The translations under genes and the position numbers were made by a program. Under the pieces are notes generated by a model. The model was given only the letters and a program-made list of their open reading frames with translations. It was not told the origin of the DNA and did no database searches. Of a DNA stretch of 64,000 bases, positions 33,674-47,250 are shown in pieces. Position 1 is the stretch's first letter. Each line of letters starts with the position of its first letter. This DNA comes from Nemertoderma westbladi (lineage: Eukaryota > Animalia > Xenacoelomorpha). The stretch spans positions 114,118-178,117 of the forward strand of contig JAUCBJ010009132.1 in NCBI GenBank assembly GCA_032718475.1, written 5' to 3'.

Positions 33674-34380
33674 GCATGGACTCCAATAGAGGAGCACTGG
33701 TACTACTGCTGCTCTAAATAATCGGACCATAAAGTTTCCGATGAATTCTGAGTGACTTCCAAATCCTGGAAAGCATATTCAATGCTGCCCACGCCTTTCT
33801 CTTACGTATTCGAAGGTCCTCACCTGACTTCCGAATCCATGATCCCGTGTAACAGAAGTTCTCCACATGCTCAAGCATACCATCCTTTGAGCTTTTGCTC
33901 ATCCGGGCTCATCCGGGAGATTTGCTGAGGACTTTCTAAGTCAACTGTCACAATTTTGGTCTTTTTGGTGTTAATAAAAAGACCAACACTAGAAGCAGCC
34001 TGTTCTAATGAGCTGGGGAGCCGTTGGGCTCCCTCTAGTGATTCTGAGAGTACTCCTAAGTTTTCAGCAAAGTCTAGATCAGTTTGGTACAGCACTTGGG
34101 ATGACTTGACTTCTGGAGCCAGTAGGACTATCGCCAATGGGAATATCTGGGAGTACAGACTCAGACACTTTTACTTCTATAAAGTTATCAGGCAATACCC
34201 CGTCATTATTTTATTGAGGAGCTTTTCAAAGTGGGCTTTCCAACCATTGAGGCGATCGGCTGGTGATTCAGCCTTAACCTTGGTGGTTGGTTGGCTTTTC
34301 CGCCCAGGAAGCAAGTTGATCGATTATTCCATGCCTGCGATGATTGCCTGCTGTCGTCGGCATCATTGATGGCATCAACA
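33674..34380 (-). mobile_element. Old RTE-type LINE, RT region
   Basis: Degenerate TDLDFAEN, GLFINTKKTK, FCYTGSW, AWAALNMLSRIWKS. Confidence 0.75.
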
Positions 34381-36314
34381 ATGCCCCCTTGGTCTGGGAG
34401 GCCCGAGGCCTCGGCCTCTTCGGTCTATGCCTAAATCCGGCCCTGATTATTAAAAAAAAATAGATTTAAATAGATACATTAAATACATAAACAATTATAT
34501 ACTCTATCAACGTTATAATAGTAGGCTCCCTATAATATTAAAATAATAGTAAACCAATTGACAGTATGATAACTGACAAGACTGTTAACCGTTATTACAT
34601 AACCAGTGACTTAAACAAGCTCTGTCCAATCAGACCACTAATGGCCTTGGCCTGTGGCCTCCCAGTTCCCTTCAATAAGATTGCTTTACATCACCATTGG
34701 GCTACCTACCTATCTTACATTGCTATATTGAACAGATTGTCAGACTATTTGAACACAGGTGGAGTCAAAACCTCAATGCTGTTCTCCACGAACGTGTACA
34801 ATGTACCCACAGTGCTGAACAGCCGTAACAATGAGGCGCACTCCTGATGTGGTAAATTAGGCTCCCCCTTGCTTCCATTATGTCGAAGTTCCAAGGCCAT
34901 ATTTACAGACTACGATGGTAGAGATGGGGGGGGGGGGGGGGGGGGGTATTAGTGGTAATGTGGCTAAGGGTTAAAACATTTAGATGGAGTCTTCTTATAT
35001 TTGGCTAAGTTAACCTTTCTTTGGCTACCCATGCCTGGGCTGGGACAATGTGAAATATATCTGGTCGGGCTGCTAACTAACATATTTTGCTTTGCTGGAA
35101 AGGCAAATCCGTAAATTCGTAGCATTTTACAGATATTACAGTATTTAATGAAATTTCTCCCCGGCCCTTTCAACATTTTTTCAAGGGGGGGGGGGGGGGG
35201 GGGGGGTGGGGGGCATGTCACAATGCCCCCCCCCCCCCCGAAATCCGCCACTGATTCAGCATGAAATTCTGTATCAGATATGTTTAAATAATTTGACCTT
35301 TTGGTCAGAAAATTTTTGAATTTTATTTCTCTCCCATTTCGACATTCATGTTGAATTTCAACAAATTTCCTGACGGATGTAACCACCAAACCAAGGTGGG
35401 ACCAATGTTGCTTAAAATAATTCATTTAGAAACGTTTCAAACAAATTTATTTGATGCGAACAAGGGCGGCCTAGATTTGGGATTGTTTGGGAAAATATAC
35501 AAACTTAGGATTATATAAGAGTTGTGAACAAAATTACAATTATTATTATTGTTATTCCGAAATAAGAAAATAAGGATTTTCCTGGCTTGAATTAGTTATA
35601 AAGCTTGGCGTGGTTTAGTATTGCAGGTGGTGCTATATTATAGCTCCTTGTAAATTCCACCAAACGTGGCTATAATACTCACAATTAAAGCCATAAAGTA
35701 GTTTTAACGAGTCTTTGTGAGGTGGATTTCAAGATCAATGATGATACCACATGGTACAAGATGTTCGATCGATATTAACTTTTAATTTGAGGAAGTTCGT
35801 CTTCGATATCGACTGTGGAACATGTGGAAGCACCCGGGCATGGCATCCAGGGACAACTGCGACCGTAACTGGATCACGAGAAAGGGCTTCCCAAGCACGA
35901 GAAAAGGCTTCCCCAGCACGAGAAAGGGCTTCACCGGCTTAAGATACCCGAACAAAAGACTATCTGTACAAAAGTTATTCTGACCTGTGGCAGCCGAACA
36001 AAAGGTTGTGGACAAAAGGTAGGCCTGCTCCGATAAAAAAAAACCCAGACAAGCGAAACCAGGAAATGAGGTACTTCATCTTCATTGATTTGGGCTGAGT
36101 TTTGATGTGACCAGTATCATCCGAGGAAAACATCATTACCAACCATACTGAATTTATTAGATAATTCTAGATCAATCTAAGCAAATAAAATAATTACCAA
36201 TAGGATTGCAAAAGCCCACAACTAATCTACTTTCTAACAGGTTGACAACATATTTGAGTTTGTATACCCTGCATTCTGGCTGCCTGACTCTTAACTCCCA
36301 CTATCTATCTATCT

Positions 36315-36790
36315 AAAATCGGCCTGCATTGCAGCTGCACACTGAGATGTTATAATGGCTTAACAAAAAAAATAGTGCCACCAGAAATCTAAAATTGGCT
36401 TGCCGTGATGCAGCATGCATTAAGAATTCTACGGGTATGCCGGCTTCGGCTGCTTGTCGACAAAATTGCACCGCCACAACTCCCTTTCTCCATGATTTTC
36501 GCGAGATTATCCGCATCTTCAAGGATAGTATCCTTTTGAAGCGTCGTAAGAAAGTCATGGGCTGTCCACCTTCATTATTTTCTCCATGAGGCAGCCAAAA
36601 CAAAAGGTTGTGAACAGGCAGGTCCACACAGCGAAAGCAATGTCCTGTGAAGAGGATGCGGCTTTGTTCAAGTCTTAAGCTTGGAGGGAACAATGGGACA
36701 CCTCCAATATTATACAGTGTCTGTTTGGAGATGTGTGCATTGTGCTTGATGCAGTGAACCGGCGTAGCATTCTTGTGAAAGTGCCATCCA
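36315..36790 (-). mobile_element. Second copy of the old RTE-type LINE 3' end
   Basis: Aligns to 30070-30545 (PPSLxLEQSR, GHCFR, GGQPMTFLRR). Confidence 0.75.
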
Positions 36791-37068
36791 GAGATGCATG
36801 ATATTATTTAATATCAAATATATAGAATATCAATCAGCAAATTAATTATTTATTGATCTGCGAGTTCAGCATTCTGTATTTAAACATTCGAAAGAGTTAT
36901 CAAGCGAAATAGAAAGCAAATTATTAATTCTATTTAGACCAAACTAGAAATTTGATATTCACATTCACACAGATAATAATTAATTATTATTAATACTTAT
37001 TATCAAACTTTGCTAATAAAAAAACCAAGTTAAATTTTAGAGTTTTATTGAGTTAAGTTAATAAATGT

Positions 37069-38425
<1,357 letters not shown>

Positions 38426-38489
38426 TTACTGAAATCTATTTCGCGTTTAACGACAACTGCGTTATGAACTTTAGTATAGGGAGGGCCGT

Positions 38490-38860
38490 TGTTATATATT
38501 ATTAGTCGAAACAGGAACTTGTCCCATTCCTGAAATTATGACCATATATGGTAAGATTTAGATAGGGCGGATGAGCCATAATCGCCAAAAACCCGGTTGT
38601 TAATAATAAGGCCCTGTAATATTGTAAAAACCCTTTTGTGGTATTGCCAAAATAAGTTATTATTCCTATTACTATGCTTGTATTAATTACACTTCTTCAA
38701 CATATATAACACAGCAACGAAAATTTACCCTGTATTAATCGCGTTCCTATTATATATATGTATAGAGCAAAAACCCGCGTTACTTATATTCCTTCGGTAT
38801 ATATGAGTTGCGATGGTCGTAGCCAGAGACGAATCAAGCAGGAATTATTACCTTATATGG
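38490..38860 (-). promoter_or_regulatory. Actin promoter: TATA-like box and two CArG (SRF) boxes
   Basis: TATATAA near 38492-38498; CCATATATGG 38542-38551; CCTTATATGG 38851-38860; CAGGAA ETS-like cores near both. Confidence 0.75.
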
Positions 38861-39213
38861 TATTAACTTGGTGATGGCAGTGTTATATACGTTGTATACC
38901 AATGACTTATACGACGCTGTATGTGTGTGTAGTGTGTATGTACTGTATGTGTATATTGGGTATTGCAGGTAGAATAAATAGAGACTGTGATACGATATTT
39001 TTGTACAGATGTCATTTCAACTATTGAATGTTCATGTTCATTAGTATATTACATTTATATACAGTAGCTTTGCTATGTTTCGTATGAGAGTTTTTGTACA
39101 CCGCTTTAGTTATTCATTATACATACACATTCAAGTAGTGTGCATGTTCCTGTGTCCTATGGTACGGTAGTTTAAAACATTCAATGAGTGAGGTGATGTC
39201 AACATAACATATG

Positions 39214-40388
39214 AGATATTCGGAGGCCGTATTGAACTCTGATACGGCCTGTTGCGGTTTATGTAGATATTTGGAGGCCGTATTGAACTCTGATACGGCC
39301 TGTTGCGGTTTATGTAGATATTTGGAGGCCGTATTGAACTCTGATACGGCCTGTTGCGGTTTATGTAGATATTCGGAGGCCGTATTGAACTCTGATACGG
39401 CCTGTTGCGGTTTATGTAGATATTTGGAGGCCGTATTGAACTCTGATACGGCCTGTTGCGGTTTATGTAGATATTTGGAGGCCGTATTTAACTCTGATAC
39501 GGCCTGTTGTGGTTTATGTAGATATTGTCGGAGGCCGTATTGAACTCTGATACAGCCTGTTGCGGTTTATGTAGATATTTGGAGGCCGTATTTAACTCTG
39601 ATACGGCCTGTTGCGGTTTATGTAGATATTCGGAGGCCGTATTAAACTCTGATACAGCCTGTTGCGGTTTATGTAGATATTCGGAGGCCGTATTGAACTC
39701 TGATACGGCCTGTTGCGGTTTATGTAGATATTCGGAGGCCGTATTGAACTCTGATACGGCCTGTTGCGGTTTATGTAGATATTTGGAGGCCGTATTGAAC
39801 TCTGATACGGCCTGTTGCGGTTTATGTAGATATTTGGAGGCCGTATTGAACTCTGATACGGCCTGTTGCGGTTTATGTAGATATTTGGAGGCCGTATTGA
39901 ACTCTGATACGGCCTGTTGCGGTTTATGTAGATATTTGGAGGCCGAATTGAACTCTGATACGGCCTGTTGCGGTTTATGTAGATATTCGGAGGCCGTATT
40001 GAACTGTGATACGGCCTGTTGCGGTTTATGTAGATATTTGGAGGCCGTATTGAACTCTGATACGGCCTGTTGCGGTTTATGTAGATATTTGGAGGCCGTA
40101 TTGAACTCTGATACGGCCTGTTGTGGTTTATGTAGATATTTGGAGGCCGTATTGAACTCTGATACGGCCTGTTGCGGTTTATGTAGATATTTGGAGGCCG
40201 TATTGAACTCTGATACGGCCTGTTGCGGTTTATGTAGATATTTGGAGGCCGTATTGAACTCTGATACGGCCTGTTGCGGTTTATGTAGATATTCGGAGGC
40301 CGTATTGAACTCTGATACGGCCTGTTGCGGTTTATGTAGATATTCGGAGGCCGTATTGAACTCTGATACGGCCTGTTGCGGTTTATGT
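39214..40388. repeat. 51-bp minisatellite, ~23 copies
   Basis: Unit AGATATTYGGAGGCCGTATTGAACTCTGATACGGCCTGTTGCGGTTTATGT. Confidence 0.97.
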
Positions 40389-40457
40389 TAGAGGCCTGAT
40401 GAGTTTGGCTGTTATTGTTGACGTTTGCCTTTGTGAGATTTCACATTCTGGCCTCCT

Positions 40458-40635
40458 TAAGCCGGTTTATACGTGGCAAATTTTTGCGCAACTGGCAACT
40501 TAACTTGTCGAAAAGTTTTGTTAAAGTTTTTAAACGTAGCAACGATTTTAGTGTAACTTCGTGTTTAAACGGATCAACTTGTTTGGCAACTTCAGTTGGT
40601 TGCTCAAAAAGTTTCCACGTGTAATCCAGAATTTA
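40458..40635. mobile_element. Short degenerate MITE
   Basis: Imperfect TIRs TTATACGTGGCAAATTTTTGCGCAAC / GTTGCTCAAAAAGTTTCCACGTGTAA. Confidence 0.5.
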
Positions 40636-41062
40636 GATAAGCAGATTTCAACCTATTAGAACTGATTAAAGCGACAATAAAGTTAACATAGAGTTGATGT
40701 TGTATGTTGGAAAACATAGAGTTGGTACTGTGCGGTGCAGTTGTGAGCTGTAGAAATGGAGTTGAGAAACATTCGGTTTGTTCGCAGGGTTATTTTCACT
40801 GGCTATTCATAAAAAGCAATTAACTGCCGAGTTAAACACATTTTTATCTGATTCATGTAAATTACAACAAGACAAGTTTACATATACTGTAATTCACCGG
40901 TAACTACGGTAACTTTCTATTCTTTTGTATATTGGGATTGGTAAATGAATTACAACATATTTTATTATACTGTTGTCACCTCTGTAATTAAATATTATTG
41001 TAATATTAATAACTAATAATTAATGCTTTCTATGTCATCGTATAACTGTTGGATTATTTCTA

Positions 41063-43588
41063 TTACAGGCATTTGAAGAGACTCGCCAACTTCGCTTGTA
41101 ACGCAGCGCTCTTGAAACATGTAACAATAGCGGCGGCAGATACAGACGCCACAGCCGCCACACCAACTGCCACCGCAACAATCGCTGTCGTCGTTTGGTC
41201 TGAAAATTAATATTGTATTAATATAAATAAATAATCAGTAATAATAAGGGAAATCAATTTCATTATTTACTTATTACCAATATGATAATACCCATTAATA
41301 ATAATATTAATATAACTATTTTCGTGGTGCTATAAAGTAATTGCAGGTATTAATAATTAATAGTTTGTGTAGGTAATAATTAGTCTTTATGATGAAATCA
41401 AATAAATTATTATTATTATTATAGTTGGATTGAAGTTAATCTTGTCACCATAGTAAAAGAAAAATTGTAGGAAAATTGATGTTTATTTAATATAATATAA
41501 TATATGATATATTTAATATATTTTGTTCAATTTTTAGCTACTTTAGCTATTGGCACTACTATGACAAGGATAGTAGTTAAACGTCATGATAATAGCCATT
41601 AACTCAATATAACTTATGGTCAAATAATTGATCAAAAAGTGGGAACCTCGGTCATGCATAGCTACTATTATACAGTACTACAGTACTACAGTACTACAGT
41701 ACTACAGTACTACAGTACTACAGTACTACAGTACTACAATATAAATACTATTATACACCATGACCCGTAATATAGTGTCATTTTCTGATGACATGGACAG
41801 CCCCCCCCCCCCCCCCAGATTTTTCTTCAAATCTTTATCATATTGCTTGAAATTTGAAACACAACTAGTTCAACTCACCGTGGTTGTTACCATGAAGCCG
41901 GAATTTTCTATTTTGCCTTTAAATTTTTATAAAGCGTTTTAAAAAAGTGTATTTTGCGAAATCGTACCCTCCGTATCGTCGCCATTCTTCACATTAGTCG
42001 TATTTTTTATCATATTAGAAAGCTTGCGTTGCAAGGATTCCACATTTGTAACAATGTTTGAATTTCGTTGAGAAACAGCTGAGATAAAGGCGTTAAACGA
42101 TTGCAAGCCATTTATTCTATTTAATAAACACAAATTCTAGAACGTGTTATTTATTTTATGAGTTGGTAGGCAACAGCGGTATGCCTATCCAATATATATA
42201 CTGCGTACAGTAGCTAATCATACATAAACAAAATGTTCCAGAACATTTGTGTATTTATTAAATAGAATAAATGGCCTGCAGCGAACAATAATTGTTGCAA
42301 TCTTTGAACGCCTATATCTCAGCTGTTTCTCAACGAAATTCAGATATTGTTACATATTTGGAATCCTTATTCCGCAAGCTTTCTCTTAATTTTCCGACTA
42401 ATGTGAAGAATTGCCACGACACTGAGGTTGCGAGTTCGGGAAAAGACACTTTAAAAAAAATTATTGATGCAAAATAGAAAATTCCGGCTTCATGGTAACA
42501 ACCACGGTGAGTTGAACTAGTTGTGTTTCAAATTTCAAGCAATATGATAAAGATTTTGTAGAAAAATTGGGGGGGGGGGGGGGGGGGGTCCGTGTCATCA
42601 GAAAATAATACTATATTACGGGTCATGGTGATTAACAATGTCAGAGAAATGACAATAATTACCGAAAAAATTATAAGTGCTTCCTTGTTGACATGTAGTT
42701 CTAGTACACCTTGCTTGATGATAATGAAAACACCTACTGTATTCTGTAATTTTAGCAACATTGCAATTAGGCCTACACATAATTCGGGAAAATTATCTTT
42801 ATATCATATGTTGCTTGGCAACAATGCATTATTTTTATTCTATTACTATCTGTTTCAGTTAATGCAATCTCAAAACTCTTTTGTAAAAGAATGTGCGGGG
42901 GGGTCCAATTAATCCATTATAATCCGGAACATGGGATAAGTAACTGTAATTAATTGTACGTTATTGCTCAACGTATTCTAACGCTTCACCCATTCTATCA
43001 AAATTAACTAGTTTTTCGTCTTATGTCTGTAATAAAAATAACAAGCTTGTTTTTTGGCTTAACATTCATCGCACTACACAACAGGCTAATGTGTAATATT
43101 TCAATTCGTATATTTAAAGCTGAAAGCGAAACCAGAAATAAATTTTTATTGCCAAAACACTTGCATTACAATAGTGTATGTTTTGTGGTTTAAGTTCGTT
43201 TCGAGTTATTAGCGAAATTGAAAACCAACGACCACCACAGACATTCCATAAAATAAGTGTCATTAAATCTGATTCTGTCTATTGTAAAAGCAATGTTATG
43301 GTTATTGTGGTGTGTTAATTTTCACACAACTGTGAAGCCTTCGACCCATTTATGTCTAAGTTTTGACTAACTATTTATGTGGAAGGAATCATAAATATTT
43401 TTACAAACCTTCTAAAAAGGCCGATCCTTGGTCGTCATCACCTTTGATCACATCAATCGTTTGAAGGCTCCCCATGGTAGATCGCATTTCCGTGACGTCA
43501 TCAGCAATGGAATCTTTGACTCGAGATATTTCAATGGTAGATTCACCGCCTTCTTGTTGACGTTTCTTACGCCTCTTAGCGGTGCAAT
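41063..43588 (-). CDS. Probable last two exons (43588-43409, 41199-41063) of a membrane protein with a furin site and C-terminal TM helix (ZP-domain-like tail)
   Basis: Phase-1-compatible AG/GT/AG sites give DCTAKRRKKRQQEG...MGSLQTIDV...FLE|DQTTTAIVAVAVGVAAVASVSAAAIVTCFK...KCL*. Upstream exons were not found. Confidence 0.5.
41671..41738. repeat. (TACAGTAC)n microsatellite, ~8 copies
   Basis: Read directly from the sequence. Confidence 0.95.
41756..42630. mobile_element. Foldback/MITE-like element with ~400-bp inverted arms
   Basis: CACCATGACCCGTAATATAGT... / ...ACTATATTACGGGTCATGGTG; arms stay complementary to ~42145/42235, including poly-C/poly-G. Confidence 0.88.
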
Positions 43589-44388
43589 CTGTAACGTGCA
43601 ATTAGACAGTCTACAACCAAAAGAAGAAAAATAAAAAAAAGTCGGTGTAAACACACCGACTTTTTTTTTATTTTTATTTTTACTTTACTCAGGGATTAAG
43701 ACCCAGTCCATATATATTGTCATATATAAAGTAATTACATATTGAGACAATAAACGAGAACCACCTAAGATTATATTTAAACCTAAATTGTAGCTACTAC
43801 AATGATTTATCTTTATTTTTTAAGCTTTGCTTTTGCTTACATTGAAGACGAAAAGAGAAGAGGAGATAAAGAGATAGAGAAGATAAGAGTAAATTTGTGA
43901 CAAAGTGTCTGATAGAGCTCGTAACCGATAAAATAATAGAACTGAGTGCGAGAATACACTGTATAAATTATTGTTGCATAAAGTTAACGAGTCTATTTAC
44001 TACCTTAGGCCCTGTATATAATGCAAAAATAGGAATTCATTATTTAAAAATTATAATAATTGCCGCGAGTGAAATGGCCGCATTTGGGAATCCTTTGCGC
44101 AAAAAAAAGAAAGAAAAAGTGAGAAAGGATCCCCTCTCCATGTAATAGGGAGGGGAACAATCAAACAAAGTTTATCAATTTAAGAATCATTTCTCAACTA
44201 TCATTTTGTTTATATAATATAACAGGCCCATGTGAAGAATATGAGACTTTCTGCCGTTATATTTCACTTTGCTGTTACCCCCATGTGAAGAATACCTGGT
44301 TTTCACCAAAAACACAGGTTACAGAAGGGATGAATCTAACCAAAACAATAAACGATTTAGTATACAGTATGTACAAGTTATATAAGAC

Positions 44389-44792
44389 AGAAATAAGCGC
44401 TAAAAAACACTTAATAAAGATAAATTAAAAAAAATAAAAAATCTTCATATATAAAATTCCAATAAAAAGTCGACCGAAAAGTGAAATCCTGGTATACTTC
44501 AGATGGGCGATATAACATGCCACTGTAAGCTTCTCAGCTCCAGATAGGGGGGAAAACTGGACGCAATAATAATGCATCCCTCTCCAGGGGAAATTCGACG
44601 CAAATAACAGCTGATTACTCTCAAAAATAAAACAGTAGCCTGTTCTATTGTGTTTAGTTTATTGTTTTGGTTAAAATAACGTGCCACTGTAACCTGCTCC
44701 TTTCCCTTAATTGAGAATTTAACATTGAGGCGGGATATTAATTCGCCAAGGCGGGTTTTGCGTCGAGTTCCCCCTCCCCCCCCCCTGTCTCC
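44389..44792 (+). repeat. ~400-bp dispersed repeat, copy 1 (upstream of twist)
   Basis: CAGAAATAAGCGCTAAAAAACACTTAATAAAG... matches 45981-46377; inverted fragment at ~49620-49775. Confidence 0.88.
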
Positions 44793-45665
44793 TCAGCTCA
44801 TGTCCCTTAATAATTGATAATTAACATTGTTAATACGCAGATACCACCACACAGAAGATAATATTAATTTACTATCTACAAATATATGTGAATTTTCCGC
44901 AATATCATTCTGTATTAATGTGAGTAAGACGGATTCAACAAATCCCGTATATATAGTATAATACTGTTCAAGTTACTATAATACTTCAGTTGTTATTAAT
45001 AATTGCTGACCCTGTAAGTTCTAAGAGGTGGCCTAATGTGTCGCAGTTTAGTTCCAGCCAGGTGTAAATTATTCCTGGTAATTTCAAACGGCCTCTGGTA
45101 AATACAATGAATCACCCTTATTCTCTGTGTAAATGTCACAGCAGGACACCTCTAGAGGATATATAGGAATACAAGTTAGTAAGTAGAATGTTTACCTACA
45201 AAAAGCATTGCTAATAGAATGCATTATAGATATTATACACTAAAACCCAGACAGTTTGGCATTTACCCCCAACCAATGGTAGAGGACTATTAGTATTATA
45301 GTATCCTACCTTGTTGCCTCTACTACACTTCCCTGCTTGGTAGGGGGACTGACCCGCCAGCTATTAGGTATAGTGAAGCCAAACTTTCCCAGACATCCTG
45401 GCAGCTAAACACACCCCAACCCAGTCAAAAAGAGCCTTATAGACGCCATATAGGCTGGAAACCAATATATTGGCGACACAACGTCTAGTAAATTTATAAA
45501 GTTCCTATGTGATTTAGTTTGGTGTCATTACTAGTGAGATCTCTGCCTTTGTATATTTGTTTGGAATAATATTTAATTGTTAAGATTAACAAATATTTTA
45601 ATTGTTATTTAATTTGTTTTCTAATTAAATCGAAGATTTAAACACTGTGATTGGTGCTATCTGCA

Positions 45666-47109
45666 ATGTCATCTACAATGTCTAGAATGTTAACAACATC
45701 GGAAGAGATAGAGACGGAGTTATTCCCTAACTCTCCTTTGTCATTACATCTGTTGGAGTCCGAAGGCGACATCATTAGGAAACCCAACCCCGCTAAACAC
45801 TGCGAAACCAACAATATCGCTGAGTTTATCAAAAATGAATATTTCGCGAGAAACCAAAATAGGTAAGATACATTAAATTAATTTCGCAAACTTTTCTATG
45901 TAATATTATATGAATATTATTTGTTACCGCTATTGAACTATTGAAATTCAGTATAATTGTTAGCAGTTAATAATAATAAGCAGAAATAAGCGCTAAAAAA
46001 CACTTAATAAAGATAAATTTTAAAAAAAATAAAAAATCTTCATATATAAAATTCCAATAAAAAGTCGACCGAAAAGTTAAATCGTGGTATACTTCAGATG
46101 GGCGATATAACATACCACTGTAAGCTTCTCAGCTCCAGATAGGGGGGAAAACTGGAATCAATAAAAATTCATCCATCTCCAGGGGAAATTCGACGCAATT
46201 AACAGTTGAAAATTGAAAATCATAAAATTGTAACCTGTTCTATTGTGATTCGTTTATTGCTTTGGTAAAAATAACGTGCCACTGTAACCTGCTCCTTTCC
46301 CTAAATTGAGTATTTAACATTGAGGCGGGATATTAATTCGCCAAGATGGGATTTGCGTCCAGTTTACCCCTTGTCTCGGAAATTTAGGTGTATTTGAATT
46401 TGATTAATTTATTTGAGGCGCTTATTTATAATTGGAAAAATTGTAAATAAAGTAAAAGTATGTTTTATGACGTTGAAAATAATTACGGGAACATTTGTAA
46501 CAGAAACCATCTAGGAACATTTCAAGTTTTTCGCAAATTTTTAGTGACGTAAAAACTTGATTAAACAGATTATCTTTTAAATAGATGAACTTTCAAACAG
46601 ATTAACTTTTTAATAACAATTTAAATGAATGACTTTAAAATAATCATTACATTTCCTTGTCATTCACTGAAAATTCACAGCTAAATCGTACTGTTTCCAG
46701 GGGAACGAAGCGTCGCAACTGCTCACCGATTGACGCCGACGAAACACACCGCGCTAGACGCCGAGCCCAACAGACGGCGGACGAGATGCAGACTCAACGA
46801 GTTCTCGCCAACGTGCGGGAGAGACAACGAACGCAAAGTCTCAACGACGGGTTTACTTCCCTACGAAAGATTATACCAACACTCCCCTCGGATAAACTCA
46901 GCAAGATTCAGACCCTCAAACTCGCTTCCCGGTACATCGACTTCCTCTGTCAGGTTCTCTCGAGCGAGAGCGCAGCGGTCTGCGAGCCGTTAGCGCGAGT
47001 TACAAACGCGCCAAGTTGCAACTACATCGCTCAGGAGAGACTTAGTTACGCGTTCTCTGTATGGAGAATGCAGGGCGCTTGGCAGAATTCGTACACAAAC
47101 AAACAATGA
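45666..47109 (+). CDS. twist: Twist bHLH transcription factor, 2 exons (45666-45862, 46701-47109), ~201 aa
   Basis: b[54 protein letters not shown] and WR motif [16 protein letters not shown]. Phase-2 intron AG|GTAAGA...TTTCCAG|G; exon 1 is inferred. Confidence 0.93.
45981..46377 (+). repeat. ~400-bp dispersed repeat, copy 2 (in twist intron)
   Basis: Aligns with 44389-44792. Confidence 0.88.
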
Positions 47110-47250
47110 ATTATTTAAACTTCACTTTTTATAATGGTTTTACAAATCCTTACTCTGGTTTAACGCTATTTTTATAGAAAAAACTACCAGTGCCCGCTAA
47201 CTTTGTATTTAAAAGTTTCCAACGATTGAAAAAAAATGAGTAACTATTTA

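Noticed and set aside
34920-35260. Poly-G/poly-C runs and a 153-aa ORF
   Set aside because: Look like fragments of common MITE ends; no protein features.
39211-40391. Cys-rich 288-aa ORF and CRISPR-like appearance
   Set aside because: Pure tandem repeat with a frame break near 39525, no unique spacers and no cas genes, in a eukaryotic context.
40395-40440. CTGATGAG hammerhead core
   Set aside because: No downstream GAAA or supporting stems.
44545-44600. Dorsal/NF-kB-like GGGAAATTC sites near twist
   Set aside because: They lie inside a dispersed repeat and are imperfect; no independent support.
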